Source: Amphiscolops sp. MND2022 (taxonomy: Eukaryota). Taken from it: a stretch of 64,000 bases of DNA. The stretch spans positions 50,842,001-50,906,000 of the forward strand of contig OZ076409.1 of NCBI GenBank assembly GCA_964187785.1. The letters run 5' to 3'. The notes beneath the pieces were generated by a model, which worked only from the letters and a program-made list of their open reading frames with translations, was not told where the DNA came from and made no database searches. Position 1 is the stretch's first letter. The number at the start of each line of letters is the position of its first letter. Both the position numbers and the translations under genes were made by a program. Shown piece after piece: positions 50,470 through 63,210 of the stretch.

Positions 50470-53453
50470 AACTATAAAAGTTTGCTCCAGGCAGCTTCTT
50501 CGTTCACCATAGTGAATTTTTCTCAAGGCTTCTTTTGCAATGTAGGCTCGTTGCGAAGGCCAGCTTGTAGAGAGCAATTTTCTTGCTCAAAAAGGTTTCG
50601 AATGTGTCGCAGCTTGCAATTAGAGGCGGCAGGGTGTCTAAACAGATCATAATGATGGGGTTTGTGATTTTTTTTCAACAGATTCAATTTCAAGGTTTTC
50701 CGATAGACTAGTGGTCAAATATCTATGTAAAGTTTAACATCAAGATTTCTAATATTATGACATCAACAATTGCGGCTCCTAATCTATATCGAAGACGTCC
50801 TTCTCCCTTTGAAGGATGCTGCGGTCACGTGTGCAGGTCTTCTGCATTGCTTCGGGGATTTCGGGCTGGTGCAATGGTCCAATTCGCACTTCTTTGACAG
50901 GCCCCGTGAAGGCGTACACTGGCCCTTTTGGGTCGCGATAGGGCTTCTCCGGACCCCTCAATCCCAGTTGAGTTAAATTGAAAACTGGATACACCTGGTA
51001 ACAAAAGGCATTGACAATGATGAATAGAGCGAATTCAATGAGAAATGTGGAAAGTTACAATTACATTTGCAGAAAATACGTTTAAATTGTTAGGCAGTTC
51101 GAAACGAGAACCAATAAAATCCGTAGTTCACAACCCAGTCCGTGGAAGAGATTAGTTTTTTTTCTACATTATCAGCTACCATTCATAATCAACAAACATT
51201 GATTACCATTTTGATGGCGTCGAGCTCACTGCTGATCTGCTCTTTCAGAAGAGTCAGTTGTGGGCTGGAGAAGAGGGGGCTCCATGATCCTCTCAGGGAA
51301 TTGAGTTTCCGCTGGAGTTGTCGTATTTTGAACTGTAGCACAGCATAAACACGAACAACTCCGGGAAAAACCTCTTCGTCGTCTATTTCCGGCTGACTGG
51401 CGTTGAGGTGACTGTCCACAATCAGAGGGAAATGTGTGACAGCGAGGAAGTTGGAGGCAAAAGCAATGGCATCTCCCTTTGTTGCCACTATATGTGGTCA
51501 GCGTGCAGGCAAAACGAGGATGTCGCCTGCCTCCACCACAAGTTTGTGGACCCCACCTGTCAGGGCCTTCAGGTTCCCGAAGGAAGTTGGTCTAAATAAA
51601 AACAAATTAGTATATATTTGAACGAAACAACTGGTTCAATGATTTTGAATCATGTGCATGATTGATAATGTGCTCTTCGCAAAAGGATGACTTTGAGATG
51701 AGTATGTTTTCAGTACATGATGTGAGTACATTTACTTTTTTGTGGGGATATTGCTCCACTCCTCAAAGAGCTGCAAATTTGAGCTTGTCGGCTCCACCAG
51801 CCAGAAGATCTTCTGCCCTCGGGCGACAGTATAAAAGGCAGTCGTGCTGGAAAAGTCGACATGCCACGGCGTGAGACACTGGTCATTTGAGACCAGCAAA
51901 TAATTGGAAGTAGCCTGAGTGAAATGCCCTGCTACATCCACACACTTATCTGCAAGTTGGTCAGCCGCACAGAATCGGACAAAGTCTGGTACTTGGAAAA
52001 ACTAAACGAAAACGACAAGACATCAGCAACCGGTTTCAGAACAAAGACTCTTTACAGTGGTCGCCATTTTCAACATCCATTTAGTTGCTAAAAATTTGAA
52101 CAATAGAAGGGTGCATCATGTATTTCACTGACTTTTGGCACTGTACAGACACCAAATTCAAAGAGTAATTTTTTCCAATATGAGCCCTTCCAAGATATGA
52201 TAAGAAAACTTACATTCCGTTCGAGTGCAATGTCAATGACATTGACAGGAAATGTCCCAGTGAGTGCTGCTGAGGGCCCCGCTCGCTGCTCGTCCAGGTA
52301 CCCGCTCACTGTTAAAGACCTGACCTGAAATTCAAAAAAATATATATTTTAAGCATACTCCTCTGATATTACTTTACCAATGTTTAGATAACTTACAGTG
52401 AAAACCACTGCCAACGATGACTTAGTGGATACTAAATCTCAATATGTTTTGATTCAACGTATACAATAATTTTTATCACTAATGGTAAAACGCTATACTT
52501 GAATGAAGTTTGTGAAATTCGAAAAAAAAAGAATGGCGGGATATGTTCACCTGTTGGTCATGTGGCAGCCGTGATGAATTTGCAGCAGGCTTCGCTGCAG
52601 GATTAGCCAAGTGCTGCAGCAAGAACTCCACTTGGTGGACGAAGTCCTCAGCGGGCAAAACTGGGAGCTTCAAACCTCGCGAGTTCATAGCCCCCTTCTT
52701 CCACAATATCGGCTGGCCACGAGAGAGTGCTTTCAGGACCATGCCGTTTTCGTCTTCTTGCTGATTTTCCCACCTGCAGCAGTTCCAGGGCTCCTCTGAA
52801 AGCGGCATGTCCTCTAAGTACTTTACGAAGAGACTTGATCCTTCGTACGCCCGTCGACTAGGCTCGCTCGTCATTGCCATGTCGTTTTCTTTGTGGAGGG
52901 GAAATCGTTCCAGGTGTCTCTGTAGGGAGTCACTCCGGGGAAATTCCTCACCACGGGATGTGCAAGGATATTTTTTGCTGGGGTTGGCAGTTCCTATAAA
53001 GTTTTATTGAAAAAAATTTAAACTAAAAACTTTGATCGCACATTTTGACTAAACTTATGTTCGTATTATGTTCGTATTTATTTGTACCTAAATCCTAAAC
53101 TGTCACACTAAGAATTAATATAAGTTTGAGGCTTTCTTGTTTGTATTCACGGCTTTGTGATATAAGTTTTTCACATTTTTTTTAAGAAAAATGTGGTGGG
53201 GGTACGAAAAGAGCCGCAAATCGTTGACATAGTTGATCTACTTACTATACTTTCTTTCATTTTGGGGTATGTCTGTCGTGCAGTACCTCGCTTTCTCGAT
53301 GTGGCGCTTGAGCGTTAGAAGGGTGGCGAAGACCCTCTTGCAACGGGGACATGCTTTGTTTTGCGGCTGCTTTGTACCGCAGGTTTTTTGGTGCCTCTCA
53401 AAATTCGTGCGGCGGTTCGACTTGTAAGAACAGTTGGGGCAACTGTATTCAGT
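50470..53453 (-). pseudogene. Spliced C2H2 zinc-finger + JmjC demethylase-like gene, element B
   Basis: Exons 53453-53246 (two fingers), 52993-52551 (degenerate third finger plus JmjC N-flank), 52324-52214, ~51980-51736 (WHVDFSSTTAFYTVARGQKIFWLVEPT), 51591 onward (GDILVLPAR*PHIVATKG..ASNF). TGA at a normally Trp position. 5' and 3' ends uncertain. Confidence 0.85.
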
Positions 53454-53725
53454 CTGTAGAAGCAAAAACAACATTATAGTTTATCCTCGAAGCGTCTTAC
53501 ATGTAAACGCCAAAATTTCAAACCGCTAAAAGATTTTACAACCTCCCATTTCAAATAAAAACCTGTTTTTCCAATCAGAAAAAGGAGGAAACGAACAAGC
53601 AAAAAAATGGAACATGCCAAAATTGCTAAACCACAAATGAATTTAGAACGCCACCATTTTAAAATGGAGATAAATATCTCGGTTGTTTAACAATATGGTT
53701 AAATAAAAACAAACAAATAACAAAG

Positions 53726-53795
53726 CGCTATGGCCGAGTGGTAACCAACTAGACTATGAAGCCATAGATCGTGGGTTCGAATCTCTATCGTGTCG
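53726..53795 (+). repeat. tRNA-derived (SINE-like) remnant; duplicated at 56291-56360
   Basis: A box TGGCCGAGTGG and B box GGTTCGAATC; stems pair poorly. Confidence 0.55.
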
Positions 53796-53969
53796 ATCTT
53801 ATGTTATCACAGAAAAACTGAGTATACCTAATTTTTCAATTAATATGTAAAACTTTGATCTTGCTATCGCGAATTTTAGTTTGATTGTCTATGTTAACAA
53901 CAACTTTTAATCTTTTCTTCATATCGTATCATTACTTTCTGATTGGAACAATAACTAATTGATTACAAT

Positions 53970-54510
53970 AATTTACTCACGGTAAGTACCAAAACCAAAG
54001 CGCTGTTTCTTAAAATTGACTTTTTTTACTCACGGTGGATACTTGAATTTTTTCCAACTGAAACTAACATTTTTGCTGACAGTAGGTACAATTTTTTTTC
54101 TAACTCAGGTTTTTCCACGGCTCACGGTGGATACAAAAAATTTCTATACAAATGAAGGACAATACTTTACTCACCGTGTGTACCAAAAACGAGTACAATA
54201 ATTTACTCACGGTAAGTACCAAAACCAAAGCGGTGTTTCTTAAACTGAGTTTATTTTACTGACGGTGGATACTAGAACTTTTCCAACCGAAACTAACAAT
54301 TTTGCTGACAGTGTGTAAAAAATTTTTTCTAACTAAGGATTTTTCCACTACTCACGGTGGATACAAAAAATTTCTATACAAATGCAGGATAATACTTTAC
54401 TCACGGTGTGTACCAAAAACGAGTAGAAGAACTTACTCACGGTAAGTACCAAAACCAAAGCGGTGTGTATTAAAACTGAGTTTTTTTTTCTACTCACAGT
54501 GGATACTCAA
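53970..54510. repeat. ~230-bp tandem units rich in TTACTCACGGT
   Basis: TTACTCACGGTAAGTACCAAAACCAAAGCG at ~53973, 54203, 54433. The motif also occurs inverted (ACCGTGAGT) at 63383-63470. Confidence 0.85.
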
Positions 54511-57500
54511 ATTTTTCCAACTGAAAATGACATTTTTATTTCGTATCCCAAATTGTAGATTTTCATGAAAGAAACTAACCATTGTGAAATGAGGAAACAG
54601 GCAACGTTTAGGGAATCTAGATTTTAAATACTAATTAGACAAAGGTAAGAGAAAGGCTTAAAAAATGCTTCTTGAATTAAACAAAACTAGCAAGCGGTTG
54701 AATTGAAAGGTCGAACGACAAAGAATCAATTTCCTGACTAGAAGAACATTTCCTACATCCACTTCGGCAGCCAATTAAAATCGATTTAGCATTCTCGGTT
54801 CCGTAAACGTATGTAACAGTTTTGTTTTATACCGCTACATTTGCACACAAGTTTACTAAATTGACACTTCCGTCAGATTCATTCTAATTGTGCTGAGTGA
54901 ACGAATAGTGTTGAACAAATGAATGGTAAACAAAATATTGAAGCAAAATGAAAAACGGAAAGAGAGCAAACTCCTTCTAGAATACAAAATGACTCAAGTT
55001 TTAACATACCAAAATTTTTGGAAATGCACTTTAGATAATTGAATGTCATCAAGAAAAATAAAAGGAAATAAAAGTTCAATAAGTGTCAATTGAATGAACT
55101 TTCTTGGGATAAATTCAATTTTCAATTCTCAGGGACTAAAAGTGGAGTTTAAAAATCATCTGTCATTTCTTTGGGCTCTGAAACTTCTTATAAAAGAAAA
55201 TCAACTGCAACGTCCTCTAAAATCATGCCAAACTTTTGATTCCGAAAAAAACGGTCTTCGTTTTATGTTCATCGTATAAGCCCCCTCCCCAAACTTTTGA
55301 CCACCAAAACTTCAAAAAAGGGGAGGGGGCTCCTTTGCTGGAATATACGGTATGTTGATTTTGATCATTAACTTTGTTCAAGATTTCTTTCGTCACGACT
55401 ATGAGGGAGTTAATTGTCAATTTTTCTTTAATGTAGTCTGATTTGATTTTTTTGCTGGATATACCAATAATTCACTGAATGTACCCCTTCTGAATTGGTT
55501 TGCAATTGTTTAAGCATTTGTTTGTGGAATCCACTGTCAATGTATTGGTATATGTTAGTCAATTCCGCATATCGCTTTTCGCAGGATGAAGAATACTTTT
55601 CAGAATAGTGGAATCCACTGCAAGAGAAACGTAAGTCTATTTAGAACTAATGCTTTACTGAATGTACCCTTTTGAATTGGTTTACAAATGTTTAAGCTTT
55701 CTTGTCTAAGTTTCCGAGAAAAAAATGTTCAAAAACTAAATTAGTACCACAAGCAAAGATTAAAACATATGTCTTCGAAATCATTTATTGTAACAAGCAT
55801 TTGCAGAAATCAGAGTAAAAGTCGATCATCTGCTGGAGTTTTGTTATGTTTCACTAGGCCGTTTCGGTATCTTTTCAAGGCCACAATGGCTGACGTATTC
55901 GCTATCGATTTGTTATCATCTATTTGATCCATCAAGAGTGGTCGCATGTCATTAATTTTCATCGGGTTGATCAAGAGTCCAGGCCTTATGATATACTTTT
56001 CAGGGTCTAGAATGACGTTACTTTTCATCATTTCGAGTCCGTATTCAACAGTGATGAACATGAAACCCACCGACGCAAATCTTTTGCAGGCCAAAGCTGC
56101 AGGAGACAACTTCTTTTTTGTTGAACACTTTTCATCTTCTCTACTTTCGGCGTCTGTTGACAACTCGCTTTGTTGACAACAGCCAAAATTGCTAAACCAC
56201 AAATGAATTTAGAACGCCACCATTTTAAAATGGAGATAAATATCTCGGTTGTTTAACAATATGGTTAAATAAAAACAAACAAATAACAAAGCGCTATGGC
56301 CGAGTGGTAACCAACTAGACTATGAAGCCATAGATCGTGGGTTCGAATCTCTATCGTGTCGATCTTATGTTATCTCAGAAAAACTGAGTATACCTATTTT
56401 TTCAATTAATATGTAAAACTTTGATCTTGCTATCGCGAAATTTAGTTTGATTGTCTATGTTAACAACAACTTTTAATCTTTTCTTCATACCGTATCATTA
56501 CTTTCTGATTGGAACAATAACTAATTGATTACAATAATTTACTCACGGTAAGTACCAAAACCAAAGCGGTGTTTCTTAAAATTGACTTTTTTTACTCACG
56601 GTGGATACTTGAATTTTTTCCAACTGAAACTAACATTTTTGCTGACAGTAGGTACAATTTTTTTCTAACTAAGGATTTTTCCACTACTCACGGTGGATAC
56701 AAAAAATTTCTATACAAATGCAGGATAATACTTTACTCACGGTGTGTACCAAAAACGAGTAGAAGAACTTACTCACGGTAAGTACCAAAACCAAAGCGGT
56801 GTGTATTAAAACTGAGTTTTTTTTCTACTCACAGTGGATACTCAAATTTTTCCAACTGAAAATGACATTTTTTTTCGTATCCCAAATTGTAGATTTTCAT
56901 GAAAGAAACTAACCATTGTGAAATGAGGAAACAGGCAACGTTTAGGGAATCTAGATTTTAAATACTAATTAGACAAAGGTAAGAGAAAGGCTTAAAAAAT
57001 GCTTCTTGAATTAAACAAAACTAGCAAGCGGTTGAATTGAAAGGTCGAACGACAAAGAATCAATTTCCTGACTAGAAGAACATTTCCTACATCCACTTCG
57101 GCAGCCAATTAAAATCGATTTAGCATTCTCGGTTCCGTAAACGTATGTAACAGTTAGGTTTTATACCGCTACATTTGCACACAAGTTTACTAAATTGACA
57201 CTTTCGTCAGATTCATTCTAATTGTGCTGAGTGAACGAATAGTGTTGAACAAATGAATGGTAAACAAAATATTGAAGCAAAATGAAAAACGGAAAGAGAG
57301 CAAACTCCTTCTAGAATACAAAATGACTCAAGTTTTAACATACCAAAATTTTTGGAAATGCACTTTAGATAATTGAATGTCATCAAGAAAAATAAAAGGA
57401 AATAAAAGTTCAATAAGTGTCAATTGAATGAACTTTCTTGGGATAAATTCAATTTTCAATTCTCAGGGACTAAAAGTGGAGTCATCATCTGTCATTTCTT

Positions 57501-58137
57501 TGGGCTCTGAAACTTCTTATAAAAGAAAATCAACTGCAACGTCCTCTAAAATCATGCCAAACTTTTGATTCCGAAAAAAACGGTCTTCGTTTTATGTTCA
57601 TCGTATAAGCCCCCTCCCCAAACTTTTGACCACCAAAACTTCAAAAAAGGGGAGGGGGCTCCTTTGCTGGAATATACGGTATGTTGATTTTGATCATTAA
57701 CTTTGTTCAAGATTTCTTTCGTCACGACTATGAGGGAGTTAATTGTCAATTTTTTTTAATGTAGTCTGATTTGATTTTTTTGCTGGATATACCAATAATT
57801 CACTGAATGTACCCCTTCTGAATTGGTTTGCAATTGTTTAAGCATTTGTTTGTGGAATCCACTGTCAATGTATTGGTATATGTTAGTCAATTCCGCATAT
57901 CGCTTTTCGCAGGATGAAGAATACTTTTCAGAATAGTGGAATCCACTGCAAGAGAAACGTAAGTCTATTTAGAACTAATGCTTTACTGAATGTACCCTTT
58001 TGAATTGGTTTAGAAATGTTTAAGCTTTCTTGTCTAAGTTTCCGAGAAAAAAATGTTCAAAAACTAAATTAGTACCACAAGCAAAGATTAAAACATATGT
58101 CTTCGAAATCATTTATTGTAACAAGCATTTGCAGAAA

Positions 58138-61100
58138 TCAGAGTAAAAGTCGATCATCTGCTGGAGTTTTGTTATGTTTCACTAGGCCGTTTCGGTATCT
58201 TTTCAAGGCCACAATGGCTGACGTATTCGCTATCGATTTGTTATCATCTATTTGATCCATCAAGAGTGGTCGCATGTCATTAATTTTCATCGGGTTGATC
58301 AAGAGTCCAGGCCTTATGATATACTTTTCAGGGTCTAGAATGACGTTACTTTTCATCATTTCGAGTCCGTATTCAACAGTGATGAACATGAAACCCACCG
58401 ACGCAAATCTTTTGCAGGCCAAAGCTGCAGGAGACAACTTCTTTTTTGTTGAACACTTTTCATCTTCTCTACTTTCGGCGTCTGTTGACAACTCGCTTGC
58501 GGTACAATGTCTATGGAGCTTCAGTTTTGTTCTCATGGCTTCCAATTGATGTTTATCGCCAGTCGCGTTTATTAGGTCCCTTTCGTCTTTGACAATAACG
58601 TAAATATTCAAGATATTTGAATGGGATTTCATTATGTTCTCCGCATTTTCTTTCTCATAAACGACACCTTCCATTTCGAAAATTCTATCTTTGAGGAAAT
58701 CCTGTGTGAGCCCACGCTTGAACCTACCTACAATTGTAAATCTCAATCCTCGTAGAAGGTCACAAAATGTTCTCTTTTCGCCAACGGCAAGGCAGGGTAG
58801 CGTCAAGGGAGTTCTACAAATGTCTAGATAAGTTTTGGCACCCTCTAAAGTCTCTTCAGTCGTGAGTGTTTTCCTTACATGTTCAATCACATTGGATATT
58901 TTTTTTCGGAACTTGTTGAAGAAATATCCAGGAACCGGCAAAACGAAAATCCAGTATCCAGAAATATTGGGTCTTGATGGTAAATGGAGCCACCGCCTCT
59001 CATGGTTCGGGATTGAAAATTTCTGTTCGCATTGAGGTTCGATTTTTCCAAGCCTTCGCAGAGGTGATTCCATGGATTCTCGATGTATCCGCTCTCCACT
59101 AGTTGGGCTATCAATGGAAGCTTGAGCTTGTATGGTGACAGCCCCTTTCGCCCAAAGAGGAGCGAATTGATTTGAAAGTATGTTTCAGCCCATCGTTTGT
59201 AAGTGTCGACATCAAATGTTCCCTGAGTTCTCAACAGAATAGCACACTGGTTTAAACTTTGTCGTAGAAGCTCACAAGCGTCATAAATTGTTATATATCT
59301 TTCTTCGTTTCTTGGATTAATGGGGTCCCGTTTGTCAAATAAATGTGGATGTAAAGACTTAAGTACTTTTGCAGCCCCCAAGTTGTATCCATCCTCACTT
59401 CCAAGTAGTATCTCGGTCGTCCAAACTCCGTCATAAAGGTTCATGATTGTCCCAAATTGAGCACTTCTAAGTTCTTCTGTTTCAGCTATAACTGTAAGTG
59501 CATTCGACCCCGCTAATGACAAAGGTCCTACTGTTCCTGGGGTTTTACCTACGTTCTTGTGGGTGATATTGAACTGAAAAGACGGTCTTTTAGCTTCTCG
59601 GCTGGTCAAATTTTTCTCAAAGCGCTGTATGCTCAAAGCTTCCCAGGGATGTTTGTTGTTAATTACCTTCTGAGCCACTCTTCTAATATCATTCTCGGTG
59701 CAACGCGTTATCATGTGTGTAGCGTCTGGGCAGATTGTTCTGACATCGATTATGCTTGCTAATGCTTCTCTGGGAACATGTTGTCTGAAAGGGATCTTCA
59801 AAGATGTTCGTCTTCCATCGACATCTGAGCAGCGGGTGGGGAGGAAATTTTCATCGCATACATATATCGGAAGTTGTGACGGATGAGAACTTGAACGTTC
59901 AGTTGAAAATCCAAGGACCAAACGCGTCAAGGATGTAATTTCAACGCCCAACGCTTGTAGTACTTTTGTCTGGCGGTGTAGCCATCCACATTCTTGCTTA
60001 CCCAGGATAGACGGGCCAAAGTTTTGTTCCATTGCATATCGGCCATCTTTGCCACGATATGATGCAAAACAGAAGGCAGCTTTCGATGATTGGCTGCTAA
60101 CTGTGGTGTTCAAAATTCTGAATGCTAGACGCGTTACCTCAACCCCCCCCATTTCGCAACCGTCACCCCAAATATCAATTTTGAGGCCTTGAAGATTGGT
60201 TTTTTGCAGTTAAACTAATGACGCAAACGTCATTGCTTTCAGTAAACTGACTCGAAATCCAGAATAGGTTCGCTCAGGCTCGCAAATTGTAACAAACAAT
60301 TTCATTATGAGGCTAGTAGCTCTTTTGATGTGACGAATTGACGGTACTAGGCTGCCACTTCCTAAACCAACCGGAACTAGCCTTTGTCGAATTGCATTGA
60401 GGATATCATCCATGTTGCAGGTTTCATTTTGTTTGAAAGTTCGTACCTAAACCACTCGGAGGAACCCCTGTCGTCCAAAAAACCCGTGAACTAGTTTCGA
60501 ATGTGATTACCGCTTGCGCGTTACCGCATAAACGACACCTTCCATTTCGGAAATTCTATCTTTGAGGAAATCCTGTGTGAGCCCACGCTTGAACCTACCT
60601 ACAATTTTAAATCTCAATCCTCGTAGAAGGTCGCAAAGTTTTCTCTTTTCGCCAACGGCAAGGCAGGATAGCGCCAAGGGATTTCTACAAATGTCTAGAT
60701 AAGTTTTGGCACCCTCTAAAGTCTCTTCAGTCGTGAGTGTTTTCCTTACATGTTCAATCACATTGGATATTTTTTTTCGGAACTTGTTGAAGAAATATCC
60801 AGGAACCGGCAAAACGAAAATCCAGTATCCAGAAATATTGGGTCTTGATGGTAAATGGAGCCACCGCCTCTCATGGTTCGGGATTGAAAATTTCTGTTCG
60901 CATTGAGGTTCGATTTTTCCAAGCCTTCGCAGAGGTGATTCCATGGATTCTCGATGTATCCGCTCTCCACTAGTTGGGCTATCAATGGAAGCTTGAGCTT
61001 GTATGGTGACAGCCCCTTTCGCCCAAAGAGGAGCGAATTGATTTGAAAGTATGTTTCAGCCCATCGTTTGTAAGTGTCGACATCAAATGTTCCCTGAGTT

Positions 61101-63210
61101 CTCAACAGAATAGCACACTGGTTTAAACTTTGTCGTAGAAGCTCACAAGCGTCATAAATTGTTATATATCTTTCTTCGTTTCTTGGATTAATGGGGTCCC
61201 GTTTGTCAAATAAATGTGGATGTAAAGACTTAAGTACTTTTGCAGCCCCCAAGTTGTATCCATCCTCACTTCCAAGTAGTATCTCGGTCGTCCAAACTCC
61301 GTCATAAAGGTTCATGATTGTCCCAAATTGAGCACTTCTAAGTTCTTCTGTTTCAGCTATAACTGTAAGTGCATTCGACCCCGCTAATGACAAAGGTCCA
61401 ACTGTTCCTGGGGTTTTACCTACGTTCTTGTGGGTGATATTGAACTGAAAAAACGGTCTTTTAGCTTCTCGGCTGGTCAAATTTTTCTCAAAGCGCTGTA
61501 TGCTCAAAACTTCCCAGGGATGTTTGTTGTTAATTACCTTCTGAGCCACTCTTCTAATATCATTCTCAGTGCAACGCGTTATCATGTGTGTAGCGTCTGG
61601 GCAGATTGTTCTGACATCGATTATGCTTGCTAATGCTTCTCTGGGAACATGTTGTCTGAAAGGGATCTTCAAAGATGTTCGTCTTCCATTGACATCTGAG
61701 CAGCGGGTGGGGAGGAAATTTTCATCGCATACATACATCGGAAGTTGTGACGGATGAGAACTTGAACGTTCAGTTGAAAATCCAAGGACCAAACGCGTGA
61801 AGAATGTAATTTCAACGCCCAGCGCTTGTAGTTCTTTTGTCTGGCGGTGTAGCCATCCACATTCTTGCTTACCCAGGATAGACGGGCCAAAGTTTTGTTC
61901 CATTGCATATCGGCCATCTTTGCCACGATATGATGCAAAACAGAAGGCAGCTTTCGATGATTGGCTGCTAACTGTGGTGTTCAAAATTCTGAATACTAGA
62001 CGCGTTACCTCAACCCCCCTATTTTGCAACCGTCACCCCAAATATCAATTTTAAGGCCTTCAAGAGTGGTTTTTTGCAGTAAAACTAATGACGCAAACGT
62101 CATTGCTTTCAGTAAACTGACTCGAAATCCAGAATAGGTTCGCTCAGGCTCGCAAATTGTAACAAACAATTTCATTATGAGGCTAGTAGCTCTTTTGATG
62201 TGACGAATTGACGGTACTAGGCTGCCACCTCCTAAACCAACCGGAACTAGCCTTTGTCGAATTGCATTGAGGATATCATCCATTTTGCAGGTTTCATTTT
62301 GATTGAAAGTTCGTACCTAAACCACTCGGAGGAACCCCTGTCGTCCAAAAAACCCGTGAACAAGTTTCGAATGTGATTACCGCTTGCGCTTCTTTTTCGC
62401 CACATGCTACGTTTTTGATGCTGATCTTTGAGAATTGTGGCTAATCCGTGAATAGGTATACCATGCATTCTAGCAAAACTCAGGACTTTGGTCCAAAAAG
62501 TTTTCCTATTAGTTCTGTGCCACCTTTTGAGTTGTCATTGCATAATATTCATATCTGATCGTTACTGGTCTTCTGCATTATTAACTTCTGGTGTCTTCTG
62601 TAGCACTTCCTCTTCTTGGAATGTTACTTCAAGGGGTGTTTCTTCGTTTCTTTAACCATCTCATGTTGAGAAGAAAACTTATCATTTGTAAAAGTACCGA
62701 CATCGGGAAAAAATCTGGTGTTAAAGTATTTTGCAACGAATTTTCTTCTCTTCTCGTTCCAAGGTAAGTCTTTATAGCCCCGCAGAATTAAAAGTTTCAT
62801 TATTTTCGATGCAACAAAAACAGATCCCTGGGGCTGTCCTTTAATTGGTATTTTTTGAAAAAGATCGTCTGTCTTCAGAGTGGTCCCTACGACCATTTCA
62901 GCAACGATTGAAGTAAGTTTCCGTTGACGATTTTGTAACGTGTTTCCTGATATAAAGTCTAGTATTTTGGAATCTATGAATTCTTTCCCATCATCAAGTG
63001 ATAGATTGAACTTTTCGAATTCTGACAATTCTGAACTTTTAGACAATGAAAATGAGCGTGTCAATGGTGTATCAAATCGTCGATAATGATGAAGCCGAAA
63101 AACTATCAAAATCCATTTCTTTGTGTTTCCCTCCTTTTGCGTCTTCTGATACCCCTCAATTTTAGCCTCAACTTCAAATAAATTTAATCTTGCAACATTT
63201 TTCTCACAGT
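58138..63210 (-). pseudogene. RAG1/Transib-like transposase-BRCT of element B with an internal 1871-bp tandem duplication; disrupted
   Basis: IDIWGDG, PDATHM, LSPYKLK, LCEGLEKSN, RTMRGG, BRCT-like LRGLRFTIVGRF...LDPEKY. Several stops and frameshifts; second catalytic Asp segment missing; start uncertain. Confidence 0.82.
58656..62389. repeat. 1871-bp-period tandem duplication within transposase B (58656-60519 / 60527-62389)
   Basis: ORFs 58887-60152 and 60758-62029 are near-identical and offset by 1871 bp. Confidence 0.95.

Larger units (their letters stand above)
53616..58498. repeat. Tandem duplication (53616-56170 / 56182-58498) including the transposase 3' end
   Basis: Identical ORF translations at 54879/57213, 55223/57552 and the shared C-terminus at 55810/58138. 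Confidence 0.95.

Noticed and set aside
27192..51500. TGA recoding (in-frame TGA in four cargo genes at 27192, 34973, 49116, ~51498)
   Set aside because: The stops align with different residues (Gly, Ile/Arg, Trp) and coexist with frameshifts and TAA/TAG lesions. Ordinary decay explains them.
53726..53795. Functional tRNA gene
   Set aside because: Acceptor and anticodon stems do not pair convincingly; treated as a tRNA-derived remnant.
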